IMG/VR virus record: IMGVR_UViG_3300012983_000003
Coordinates: 1 to 64,000 of that record
Reading direction: 5' to 3' (one strand)
Source: a virus
Lineage: Duplodnaviria > Heunggongvirae > Uroviricota > Caudoviricetes
Length of the DNA stretch: 64,000 nucleotides
Both the position numbers and the translations under genes were made by a program. The notes beneath the pieces are model-generated. The model saw only the letters and a program-made list of their open reading frames with translations. It did no database searches and was not told the DNA's origin. Below, one piece after another: positions 1-7,894 of the stretch (the stretch's first letter is position 1; every line of letters starts with the position of its first letter).

Positions 1-120
1 ACCGCCACACCGCACCGCAAACAAGGGCTTGTGAGTACCTTTGCGGTTAAGGGTGTAAGGCAACCGCCACACCGCACCGCAAACAAGGGCTTGTGAGTAC
101 CTTTGCGGTTAAGGGTGTAA
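1..120. repeat. Two perfect tandem copies of a 60-bp unit, each containing a 7-bp stem hairpin (ccgcaaa...tttgcgg)
   Basis: Positions 1-60 and 61-120 are identical by direct reading; each unit holds an internal inverted repeat. Confidence 0.9.
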
Positions 121-540
121 GGCGGTTAAACCGCTTTACCGAGCCACTACTGAGGCAATATCAGTATGAGTACATCTGCTATCAGATGCGTCGCTAAGTG
201 CATAGGAATTAAGCCTATGGTTCGGATAGTGAAAACCCTTAGAGTTAAACCGAGTTTGATGTGAAATAAGGTCGCATCGGTCTGAGTGCGTCAACATTTA
301 GACTAAACACGAAAGGTTTACTAAACCTGAAACGGTCGTGGTATCTCCGCCCGAGGGCGTATAATCCAAGGATTTGAGTTATCACATAGTATCGTTAAAG
401 GTGCGGTTTTCTGAGTAATGCGAATACAACTAAATATTAAAGCTATATCGTTCGGTCTGTGGTTATGAGACACACACCGAAACGATTAGTTTATCATTGA
501 TAGAGCAACCGAGCATCTGAGTATGGGTGTTCGGTTGTTT
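121..540. promoter_or_regulatory. Non-coding leader with repeated GAGTR and CGGTT motifs (iteron-like); candidate ori or pac region
   Basis: No ORF; motifs tgagtac, tgagtgc, ctgagtaatg, ctgagtatgg recur. Confidence 0.35.
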
Positions 541-596
541 CATTGAGTGATAAACTTTATCGCCCAAAAAAATCCAACCCAAAGGAGTGCGTCAAA

Positions 597-1421
597 ATGA
601 CAAGAGAAGAGAAAATCGCCGTATTAGCAGAATTGCGTGCAAAGGCAGAAACACTCGTTATGTCCTTAAATGACGGAGTTCAGAACGGCAACCCTAATCC
701 CACAATGGAGAAACCCGAAATCGTAGATGGTGCGGAAACCGGTAAGACTATCACCGTATTCATCGCAACCGAGCTCGAGCAGGTGGTTAATCAGTATACC
801 GCTATGGCTCGTGAAATCTGTTTCGATGACTGCAAAGCCGCCGATGACCCTATGCTTGAAGCGGTTAAGCGTCTAACCTTTGCCACTATCGGCGTAAAGG
901 AAACCAAAAAGGGAGAAGAAAAAATCCCCGTATCTGAAATCGTGGATAAGGAAAAGGATATCGACCTTTTGAAACTCCACAAATCCGTTGATGGCGGTAT
1001 CGGCAAAGACCCGAAATGGAACGGGCTTGTTGAGAAGTTCAACTTCCATATGACTATCCGTCAGGCAAAGCGTATCACTAAGGGCAAGGAAAACCTCACC
1101 CGAGTGTTGAAAGAAATCAACGACAGTTACGCTATGTGCAAAATCGCTCAGGAAATCGAGATGGGTAAAGACCCGACATCGAACACCAAACTGCTCGGCA
1201 CCTTGCAGGATATCATCACTGCAATGATTGGCGAGGAATATAAGGCAACATCGCACGATGTGAACTACCTTGTAGACCTCTATGCCCAAAAGGGTAAAGG
1301 CAAGTTAAAGGTGAACTGTGCTAATCACAGATATTTCCGCAGCTATATTGCCGCTATCTGCCACGGTATCGTAACCGGCACGGATTACGAAGTTTGCTTT
1401 AAGAAAGTAAACGCAAAATAA
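597..1421 (+). CDS. Hypothetical protein (ORF-track start 543 is TTG; ATG at 597 has an AAAGGAG RBS)
   Basis: Long ORF with RBS; no recognisable domain. Confidence 0.5.
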   Translation: MTREEKIAVLAELRAKAETLVMSLNDGVQNGNPNPTMEKPEIVDGAETGKTITVFIATELEQVVNQYTAMAREICFDDCKAADDPMLEAVKRLTFATIGVKETKKGEEKIPVSEIVDKEKDIDLLKLHKSVDGGIGKDPKWNGLVEKFNFHMTIRQAKRITKGKENLTRVLKEINDSYAMCKIAQEIEMGKDPTSNTKLLGTLQDIITAMIGEEYKATSHDVNYLVDLYAQKGKGKLKVNCANHRYFRSYIAAICHGIVTGTDYEVCFKKVNAK

Positions 1422-1437
1422 TCAGGGTTGAGTATCG

Positions 1438-1470
1438 GAGCAGGGTTTATCGCCCTGCTCTTCTTCCCAA
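1438..1470 (+). terminator. Candidate rho-independent terminator (gagcaggg...ccctgctc then T/C-rich tail)
   Basis: 7-8 bp GC stem followed by cttcttccc. Confidence 0.4.
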
Positions 1471-1578
1471 AACTTCCATACTGATGAGTCGTCTTGCTAT
1501 CGGATGAAGCGACGAAAACCGCCTAAACGGCGGTTCTATGGGTATCCGATAAATCTATTATAAAGCGAGGTTTTACTT

Positions 1579-1779
1579 ATGAGCTACGAGGCTTTTATGG
1601 CGATGGTAAATGCTCTGATAAGTCGCAAACGATTAAACATCAAACCGCGATTTTATCACGATACTGACAAGGGTAAATATTATGCCCATTGTGATGGTGT
1701 TAAAATCATAGGAACTCCAACGAGCAAAAAGGTAACGGTTAAATGGGGTTCTGGTCATACCGCTATGGCTGCGATTTGA
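1579..1779 (+). CDS. Hypothetical small protein
   Basis: ORF with GAGG RBS. Confidence 0.4.
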   Translation: MSYEAFMAMVNALISRKRLNIKPRFYHDTDKGKYYAHCDGVKIIGTPTSKKVTVKWGSGHTAMAAI

Positions 1780-1979
1780 GCGAGGTGTGTATGATGGGAA
1801 ATTTAATATTTGATTTATTGTATGTAACCGTCTTTGTAGGCGGTTTTTGTTTACTCCTTGCCTTTGGCGAGGTTCTGTTCAATTTCGCTTATAAGCATAT
1901 CCCGTGGGTTCGTCATAAATGGGACGCTTTTTGCGAAACATTACCCGATTGGGATGAAGACGAAGGAGAGATAGTATGA
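1743..1979 (+). CDS. Hypothetical small membrane protein
   Basis: Hydrophobic stretch in ORF; overlaps the previous ORF. Confidence 0.3.
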   Translation: MGFWSYRYGCDLSEVCMMGNLIFDLLYVTVFVGGFCLLLAFGEVLFNFAYKHIPWVRHKWDAFCETLPDWDEDEGEIV

Positions 1980-2350
1980 GGAAAAGCGTGAAGATTATCT
2001 GCGTGATATTGGCGGTTTTGGTAATCGCTCTGGGTTTCGTGGTTTATGCTCAGGCATCTCAACTGAGTCAGGTTAAAAAGGCAACCGCCGAGCGTGATAG
2101 GTATTTGGCGGTTCTCGTGAATAATCACGATTATCCCAAGGAATTTATCGGGGAAATTGCAAATGTCAACGGCTTTGATGGATATGATGATATGGTTTCT
2201 TATCTCGTATCCAAAGGCGAGCTTTATCATATTCCCGCCTTTACCTATAAGGGTGCGGATTATGAACACGAGTATCAGGAAACATACGCTATCAAGGGTG
2301 TTGTGGTTTACTGCGATGCCGTTGAGATGGGCGTAATTCCTGCCGATTAA
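1976..2350 (+). CDS. Hypothetical membrane-anchored protein
   Basis: N-terminal transmembrane segment; GGAGAG RBS. Confidence 0.45.
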   Translation: MRKSVKIICVILAVLVIALGFVVYAQASQLSQVKKATAERDRYLAVLVNNHDYPKEFIGEIANVNGFDGYDDMVSYLVSKGELYHIPAFTYKGADYEHEYQETYAIKGVVVYCDAVEMGVIPAD

Positions 2351-2361
2351 GGAGTGGTTTT

Positions 2362-2550
2362 ATGGCAAGAGTGGCAACGGTTTATGACGGTCAGCCTGAG
2401 CCGTATTACTACAATGTCAGGTTTATCATAAATGCAACGGGCGTGAGGCTCACTAAAAGTTTTGAGTCGCCATATAACGCTCGTCAGTTCGTTAATAAAC
2501 TAAAACACAGCAAACGCTGTACTTTGGTTTCGTATCCGTTATTCAAATAA
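2362..2550 (+). CDS. Hypothetical small protein
   Basis: ORF with AAGGAG RBS. Confidence 0.4.
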   Translation: MARVATVYDGQPEPYYYNVRFIINATGVRLTKSFESPYNARQFVNKLKHSKRCTLVSYPLFK

Positions 2551-2574
2551 ACAATGTAAAGGGGAGTTTTTGAA

Positions 2575-2787
2575 ATGAATATTGTTTGGATTATTCTGGG
2601 GATTTTCGCAGTTCTTGTGTGGGCTGCAATTAACATCTTTACCATTAAGATGATGTCGGCAAAACAAATGCGTGATGAGTTTATCGAGGGTCAGTGCCTT
2701 GTCGGTAAGATTTGTGCAAACATCTTCTATGCACCCGCGTGGTTCTTCAAAGGGCTTCGTTTCGTGGTTCTCGTTGCGATTAAGTGA
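2575..2787 (+). CDS. Hypothetical small membrane protein
   Basis: Two hydrophobic helices; RBS. Confidence 0.4.
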   Translation: MNIVWIILGIFAVLVWAAINIFTIKMMSAKQMRDEFIEGQCLVGKICANIFYAPAWFFKGLRFVVLVAIK

Positions 2788-2796
2788 GGTGCCGGT

Positions 2797-3300
2797 ATGA
2801 AAAAGCTTTTATCCATAGTCTTGGTTGTTTTCATAGTGTTGCTCGGGGCTGCTGGGTGTGCATCACCCAGAGCTTCCGAGCCCTCCTCTTCCCAAGTTCC
2901 TACGGTTTTCGGTAATCTACCCTATGTGGTTGATGACTACACGGAAATTGAGGAGCTTTTTATTATGGAACTCACCGAAAAAGGTTTGGGTTCCTATCAG
3001 ATGTATGATGCGTCAGAATTGACCGCTGAAATTTTGGAAAACAGAAACGGTATTACGATTATTGAGCGTTGTGTCGGGTTTGTTGAAGACAGCGTTCAGG
3101 GTGATGGCGTTATCCTAAATGCTTATAACCCACAATATAACTACATCAGTTATCGCAGTTGCGGGCAAGAGGTTCGTGATGGCACAATTCTGGTGTCTTA
3201 TATGGTTTACAATCCCGACACGACATATATCGACGACATTGTAGAACGCCACGATTTCGTAATCTGTCGTGATTATGAATACGGGGTGTCTGCGGTATGA
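2797..3300 (+). CDS. Putative lipoprotein (signal peptide with lipobox AAGC)
   Basis: N-terminus MKKLLSIVLVVFIVLLGAAGC. Confidence 0.5.
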   Translation: MKKLLSIVLVVFIVLLGAAGCASPRASEPSSSQVPTVFGNLPYVVDDYTEIEELFIMELTEKGLGSYQMYDASELTAEILENRNGITIIERCVGFVEDSVQGDGVILNAYNPQYNYISYRSCGQEVRDGTILVSYMVYNPDTTYIDDIVERHDFVICRDYEYGVSAV

Positions 3301-3623
3301 TGTACTTATGGGCAATACTTATCATTATCGGACTATTTACATTTCTTGGAGTCATCTTCTGGTATTACGATAAGCAAATCTTCACACCGTATGGCAAAAT
3401 TTTTGAAATTAAAAATTTCAATAAAACGGGCAAGATTATTCTATCCATCATCGTCACTCCGTTCACTATTGCTCCAACGATTGTAACGCTAATAATCGAG
3501 GGTTTGCTATTCGCTGCCGCATATATGGTATATGGTATTCGCTGGTTATTTGCCGAAGACCGTGAACAGTTACATAAAGACTGGTTTGTGGACGACAAAA
3601 GCCATCACGACTTAGAGTGGTGA
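3297..3623 (+). CDS. Hypothetical membrane protein
   Basis: Multiple transmembrane segments. Confidence 0.4.
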   Translation: MMYLWAILIIIGLFTFLGVIFWYYDKQIFTPYGKIFEIKNFNKTGKIILSIIVTPFTIAPTIVTLIIEGLLFAAAYMVYGIRWLFAEDREQLHKDWFVDDKSHHDLEW

Positions 3624-3624
3624 G

Positions 3625-3915
3625 GTGTCGAATATGAAATATAAAATCCATTTATCAATGGAAGACTGCGACATACCATTGGAAACGGTGTGTTTACAAA
3701 TTGAAGCAGATATCACATTGAAAAATCTAACCGAGAAAATCAAAGAGGATTTCTCAAAATATGATACCGCAGATGGTGTCGCGGCAAAATATCGAGAAGA
3801 TTATGGCTGGGGTGCAGAGGGATTTCTTATGTATTTAAGTTCTCAGCACAGCGATTGGAAGATTACCACATATAATTTTCCTTTTGACGCCAGTCTTAAA
3901 CTTGTCGGGCATTAA
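3625..3915 (+). CDS. Hypothetical protein
   Basis: ORF with RBS. Confidence 0.4.
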   Translation: MSNMKYKIHLSMEDCDIPLETVCLQIEADITLKNLTEKIKEDFSKYDTADGVAAKYREDYGWGAEGFLMYLSSQHSDWKITTYNFPFDASLKLVGH

Positions 3916-3941
3916 ATTAAGTATTACGGGGAGTTGTTAAT

Positions 3942-4292
3942 ATGACAAGATTTGAAAGGTTTTCAGAGTTCATCTGTGAAAACATTATTTACCCACTTGT
4001 TGTGGCTTTTATCTTTACACTTATCCCTCTCGGTGCCTTGTTCATTTGGCATACCGAGTTAATGTGGGCGGTAATAACCGCATTTATCATATACGCAATT
4101 CTTGGCGTATGGTTGATAATGTTGGTGATTTGTTTGACCGCTAATAAAATCATCGACTTCCGTGAAAACAGGTTTTATAAAAAGTGTCAGACCTGCGACC
4201 ACTACGACGATGATACAAACAGTTGTTTAACCTGCACTAAATGCAGTAATTATCAGAAAATTCTAATCGAAAAAGACGAAAGCGAGGAATAA
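3942..4292 (+). CDS. Hypothetical membrane protein with C-terminal Cys cluster
   Basis: Transmembrane helices plus CxxC/CxxC motifs. Confidence 0.4.
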   Translation: MTRFERFSEFICENIIYPLVVAFIFTLIPLGALFIWHTELMWAVITAFIIYAILGVWLIMLVICLTANKIIDFRENRFYKKCQTCDHYDDDTNSCLTCTKCSNYQKILIEKDESEE

Positions 4293-4295
4293 CCG

Positions 4296-4583
4296 ATGAC
4301 AAGAGAAAACATCGTAAGTGCAATTTGCAGAAAGACTTTCATCTCACGAGGTGCGGTCAACAACATTCTTGACATCACTCTCGAAACCATCGGCGATGCT
4401 CTGGCACGCGGTGAGAAAGTCCAGTTCACAGGGTTTGGCACCTTTGAACCGAAGAAAAGAAACGCCAGAGTCGGCAGAAATCCGCACACCAAAGAGGCTG
4501 TGCCTATCCCTGCCCGTATCATTCCGAGCTTTAAGCCCGGTAAAGACCTAACCGATAAAGTATATCGTGAAATCAAGGAATAA
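4296..4583 (+). CDS. hup: HU/IHF-family histone-like DNA-binding protein
   Basis: GFGTFEPKKRNARVGRNPHTKEAVPIPA matches the HU beta-arm signature. Confidence 0.8.
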   Translation: MTRENIVSAICRKTFISRGAVNNILDITLETIGDALARGEKVQFTGFGTFEPKKRNARVGRNPHTKEAVPIPARIIPSFKPGKDLTDKVYREIKE

Positions 4584-4597
4584 GGGGGAAATTTTCG

Positions 4598-4825
4598 ATG
4601 AAAAAGGTAAGAACTTTGAATTCTCTTGCAGAATTGGGTAAGGCTTGGGGTATCGCACCCAAGCAGGCTAAGGAACCGAAGCCGCGTAAGTGCTTCAGAT
4701 GTGGCGGCGAAATGCGTCATATCGAGGGTACTAATGTGTTCGTATGTACCGGCACGGTCAAGGGTAAAGATGGTAAGGAAAAGCAGTGTCCTAACCGCCT
4801 TATCGTTGGTGCGAAAGGAGCATAA
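4598..4825 (+). CDS. Small zinc-ribbon protein (CxxC...C..C)
   Basis: CFRCGG...CTG...CPN cysteines. Confidence 0.4.
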   Translation: MKKVRTLNSLAELGKAWGIAPKQAKEPKPRKCFRCGGEMRHIEGTNVFVCTGTVKGKDGKEKQCPNRLIVGAKGA

Positions 4826-4828
4826 GGT

Positions 4829-5275
4829 ATGAGAGCGACGGGTATCGTGAGGCGAATTGATGACTTGGGAAGAGTTGTAATCCCAAAGGAAATCCGCCGC
4901 ACTTTAAGACTTAGAGAGGGCGACCCTCTGGAATTATTCACTACGCCTGAAGGCGGTGTGGTTTTCCAAAAGTATAACGCGTATGACGAGTCCGAGTGGA
5001 GCAAACTGAAGTCTATGCTTCGCAAAATTATGCCCAATACCTCGTTTGCTATTTTGGACGGCTACGGTGAAAACAAAGCATTTACCAATAGAGAAATTGG
5101 TAATATGAATTTGGAAAAGCTTGAGATTGATAGCCGCCAGTATTCATATTATCCGGTTTATAATCACGGCGATACCGTGGCGTATCTCGTTGTCGGCAAC
5201 GCTGGGTGTGAAACCGACCGAGTAAACATTGCGATGGGTGTAATGCAGGAGTTTCTCGATGTGTCGGAGTGGTAA
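4829..5275 (+). CDS. AbrB/SpoVT/MazE-family swapped-hairpin DNA-binding protein with C-terminal extension
   Basis: N-terminus GIVRRIDDLGRVVIPKEIRRTLRLREGDPLELF closely resembles the AbrB N-domain. Confidence 0.7.
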   Translation: MRATGIVRRIDDLGRVVIPKEIRRTLRLREGDPLELFTTPEGGVVFQKYNAYDESEWSKLKSMLRKIMPNTSFAILDGYGENKAFTNREIGNMNLEKLEIDSRQYSYYPVYNHGDTVAYLVVGNAGCETDRVNIAMGVMQEFLDVSEW

Positions 5276-5276
5276 T

Positions 5277-5564
5277 ATGAAACCGTCTGATATAAACTTA
5301 ATCAAAACTTGTGACGCCTGCCCCGAACAATATGATGCCTATAACGCAATAACTAATGAAAAGATTGGTTATTTAAGGCTAAGGGGCGGGTGTTTTACTG
5401 TCCAGAACGCAAACGAGGAAATTATCATCTCCGCTTATCCCTTGGGAGATGGAATGTTCACCTCTGATGAGCGTGAGGGCTATCTGAATATGGCGAAAGA
5501 ATATTTAGCCATTGATTATGAAAACTCTCAGCACAAACCTGTTGGAGAGTTTAGCGAAGAATAA
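5277..5564 (+). CDS. Hypothetical protein
   Basis: ORF; GGAGTGG RBS before ATG at 5277. Confidence 0.4.
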   Translation: MKPSDINLIKTCDACPEQYDAYNAITNEKIGYLRLRGGCFTVQNANEEIIISAYPLGDGMFTSDEREGYLNMAKEYLAIDYENSQHKPVGEFSEE

Positions 5565-5582
5565 AACGGGAGTTTGATATAA

Positions 5583-5999
5583 ATGTATAAGTTTTTGTAT
5601 AACAAAACCTGTGATTTAATCGAAAGGATTATATTCTGGGTTCAGCTCATAGTTTCCATCACATTGCTTGCCGGACTTGTGGTTGTGCTTTGTTTCGGCG
5701 GAGCACTCAAGTGGTTATGGATTACCGTAGCGGTATTATGGTGGGTCGTGCAATTTGCCGAGGGTGTTTTCTACTTCTATAAGGCTAAAATTGTGTCTCT
5801 GCCTGCGATTGAGTGGTCTTTCAAGACCGAAACCGAAAACCTTAAAGAAGAGTCTATCAAAGAAGTTGTATGCGAAGCTGTTGATAGTATTCATAGGTTG
5901 AAAAACACAGCGATTGATGCCAGAAAAGACCAGTTAATTTATATGGGTCTAACCAAAACAGTATTTGCAGCACTTATGATTGTGTGTCTGCTAATCTAA
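5583..5999 (+). CDS. Hypothetical membrane protein
   Basis: Transmembrane helices. Confidence 0.4.
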   Translation: MYKFLYNKTCDLIERIIFWVQLIVSITLLAGLVVVLCFGGALKWLWITVAVLWWVVQFAEGVFYFYKAKIVSLPAIEWSFKTETENLKEESIKEVVCEAVDSIHRLKNTAIDARKDQLIYMGLTKTVFAALMIVCLLI

Positions 6000-6025
6000 A
6001 TCAAATAATAGTGGGGTGATAACCA

Positions 6026-6781
6026 ATGTATAGTGCAAACGCAAATATCATAACCGAAGCAAAAGATATTTGGGGTCTTTTTCAAAACAGTCGTGCAGAG
6101 TTACTACACGATATGGTAACAGTGGCAGAAAATGATGATTTTGATGTTATCATTTACCTCACTAACAATGATGGTAAACCCTGCTTAATGATTGAGTCAA
6201 GCAATGTTCAGAGTACCGAGTTTATCATCGAGGACGAAGCGAGTTGTGAGGCAACAGTATCAGAGGTATATGATACATACCTTACCGACAAAATCATAGA
6301 GGTCATCGCAGAGGAAGAAATGGAACTGGATTTAGAGCCAGAAGTTGTGATGGAAGAGCGAGAAGATGATATCACGAGTTTCTTTGTGAGATTGATTGAG
6401 GATTTATTCCCTGATGAGCCAATCATTTACAGTGAACTAATGGACGATTTGGTTGAAGACTGTAAAGAACATCTGCTTGAATGGTTCTATCGTAAACACG
6501 GTCTAAGCGTCTATCGTCCAATGGAATTGGAAGATGACGAGGGCGTGTTTGTTGAAGATTATCCGTATGAATGTATGGAATTTGAACCCAACCCAATGTA
6601 TGACGATTTTGAAGTCACGGACTTAGCCATTAACGGCAAAGATGTTATGGCTCTTGGTGTTCCGCAAGGCAAAGAAGTCGGAGATACTTTGGAGATGGTT
6701 CGCAAGTTTGTTGTCGGCGGTATTTTCCCGAACGACCACGACATCTTGATTGAAAGATTAAAGTCAATCAAGAAGAAATAA
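6026..6781 (+). CDS. Highly acidic protein (D/E-rich); possible DNA mimic
   Basis: Long runs of E/D in the translated ORF. Confidence 0.45.
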   Translation: MYSANANIITEAKDIWGLFQNSRAELLHDMVTVAENDDFDVIIYLTNNDGKPCLMIESSNVQSTEFIIEDEASCEATVSEVYDTYLTDKIIEVIAEEEMELDLEPEVVMEEREDDITSFFVRLIEDLFPDEPIIYSELMDDLVEDCKEHLLEWFYRKHGLSVYRPMELEDDEGVFVEDYPYECMEFEPNPMYDDFEVTDLAINGKDVMALGVPQGKEVGDTLEMVRKFVVGGIFPNDHDILIERLKSIKKK

Positions 6782-6792
6782 CCTCCCCGTAA

Positions 6793-6848
6793 GCGGATAC
6801 ATTCCGCGTTTAATATAAACCGCAGAAGAACATTCCCCGCTTCTGCGG
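6793..6848 (+). terminator. Two consecutive stem-loops after the acidic-protein gene
   Basis: gcgga..tccgc followed by a T-rich run, then a 9-bp stem ccgcagaag..cttctgcgg. Confidence 0.4.
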
Positions 6849-6932
6849 TTACGCTCACCTTGGCTCAACCTCCTCGTGGTGTGAGTGGACTTTGACTAAT
6901 GGAGTACATTGAATAAAAGGAGCGCATACACA

Positions 6933-7337
6933 ATGGCAAAACTTTCTATCTTAGGCAACGCAGTCGTAATCACTTCTGCAATCAAGTTCGAGGACATCCG
7001 TACTATCGAAAAGTACAAGAAGGATGCTCTTGTTCTTAAGGAAGATGTTGAGGGCAAGAAGGTTCCCGTGTTCGGTATCGCCACCGGTTCTAAGGGCGAA
7101 ATCAACCAGAACGGTGCAACTTTCGCGAACGCAACCCGCGATGACGACAAGTTTGCTCAGATTACCCTTTGCACCTGCCTTGATGGTATCACTGGCGATG
7201 TAAAGGAATGGGCTGCTGACAAGTTCGGTGTGGCAATCACTCGCCTCAACCAGCTCGAAGCAACTATCCCCGCCGTTCTCGACGGTATTGCTGCTGACAA
7301 GGCGGCTGTTATGTCTAACATTACTGTTGTTCAGTAA
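6933..7337 (+). CDS. Hypothetical protein bracketed by terminators; likely an abundant monocistronic product
   Basis: AAAAGGAG RBS; stem-loops upstream and downstream. Confidence 0.5.
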   Translation: MAKLSILGNAVVITSAIKFEDIRTIEKYKKDALVLKEDVEGKKVPVFGIATGSKGEINQNGATFANATRDDDKFAQITLCTCLDGITGDVKEWAADKFGVAITRLNQLEATIPAVLDGIAADKAAVMSNITVVQ

Positions 7338-7354
7338 GTTAGCAATCGACCGAT

Positions 7355-7380
7355 AGGGGCGGGTCAAACCGCCCCTTAAT
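7355..7380 (+). terminator. Rho-independent terminator (ggggcggg..ccgcccc + TT)
   Basis: GC-rich perfect stem. Confidence 0.6.
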
Positions 7381-7446
7381 TCAGCCAAGCACTCGTAGAG
7401 TGTGTCAACAATCCAAAAATCTAATTGATGTAAAGGAGACTTTATA

Positions 7447-7677
7447 ATGGTACAGGTAATCGTAGGTAATAATGTTAAGCGTGAGACAGTTGTAGTTTCT
7501 CCTGAGACTACTCTCCGTACAGTTCTCGAAGAGAATAACATCGACTACGCCCGTGGCGTTATGCACCTCGACGGTGCTTCTTTGAACCCCGGCGACCTTG
7601 ATAAGAGCTTTGCCACTCTCGGCATCACCGAGAAGTGCTACTTGCTCAATGTTGTAAAGGCTGATAACGCAGCGTAA
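7447..7677 (+). CDS. Small beta-grasp (ThiS/MoaD/ubiquitin-like) candidate, 76 aa, without C-terminal Gly-Gly
   Basis: Size and hydrophobic pattern resemble ThiS/MoaD; ends ...KADNAA. Confidence 0.4.
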   Translation: MVQVIVGNNVKRETVVVSPETTLRTVLEENNIDYARGVMHLDGASLNPGDLDKSFATLGITEKCYLLNVVKADNAA

Positions 7678-7695
7678 GCGTAAAGCCGGAATAAA

Positions 7696-7770
7696 GCGGG
7701 GTTGTATCCTCCATTCCAGCCCCGCAAAATAATAATAAATCCCGCTACCTCGGTGGTAGCGGGATTTTCT
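7696..7770 (+). terminator. Tandem terminators (gcgggg...ccccgc then an 11-bp stem atcccgctacc..ggtagcgggat + TTTT)
   Basis: Perfect stems followed by A/T runs. Confidence 0.7.
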
Positions 7771-7772
7771 AT

Positions 7773-7858
7773 GGGGGATTGGTGGAATTGGCAGACACAA
7801 GGGACTTAAAATCCCTCGGTGCTAAACCGTACCAGTTCAAGTCTGGTATCCCCCACCA
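7773..7858 (+). tRNA. tRNA-Leu (anticodon TAA), type II with long variable arm
   Basis: Cloverleaf with anticodon loop cttaaaa, T-loop ttcaagt, long variable arm. Confidence 0.8.
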
Positions 7859-7894
7859 CAAAATAATAAATCAACAACAAAGGAGAGGTGCCCA

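Noticed and set aside
4253-4720. 155-aa minus-strand ORF
   Set aside because: Antisense to the well-supported HU gene and zinc-ribbon gene.
6951-7800. Minus-strand ORFs 6951-7541 and 7405-7800
   Set aside because: Antisense to the strongly supported plus-strand genes, the terminators and the tRNA-Leu region.
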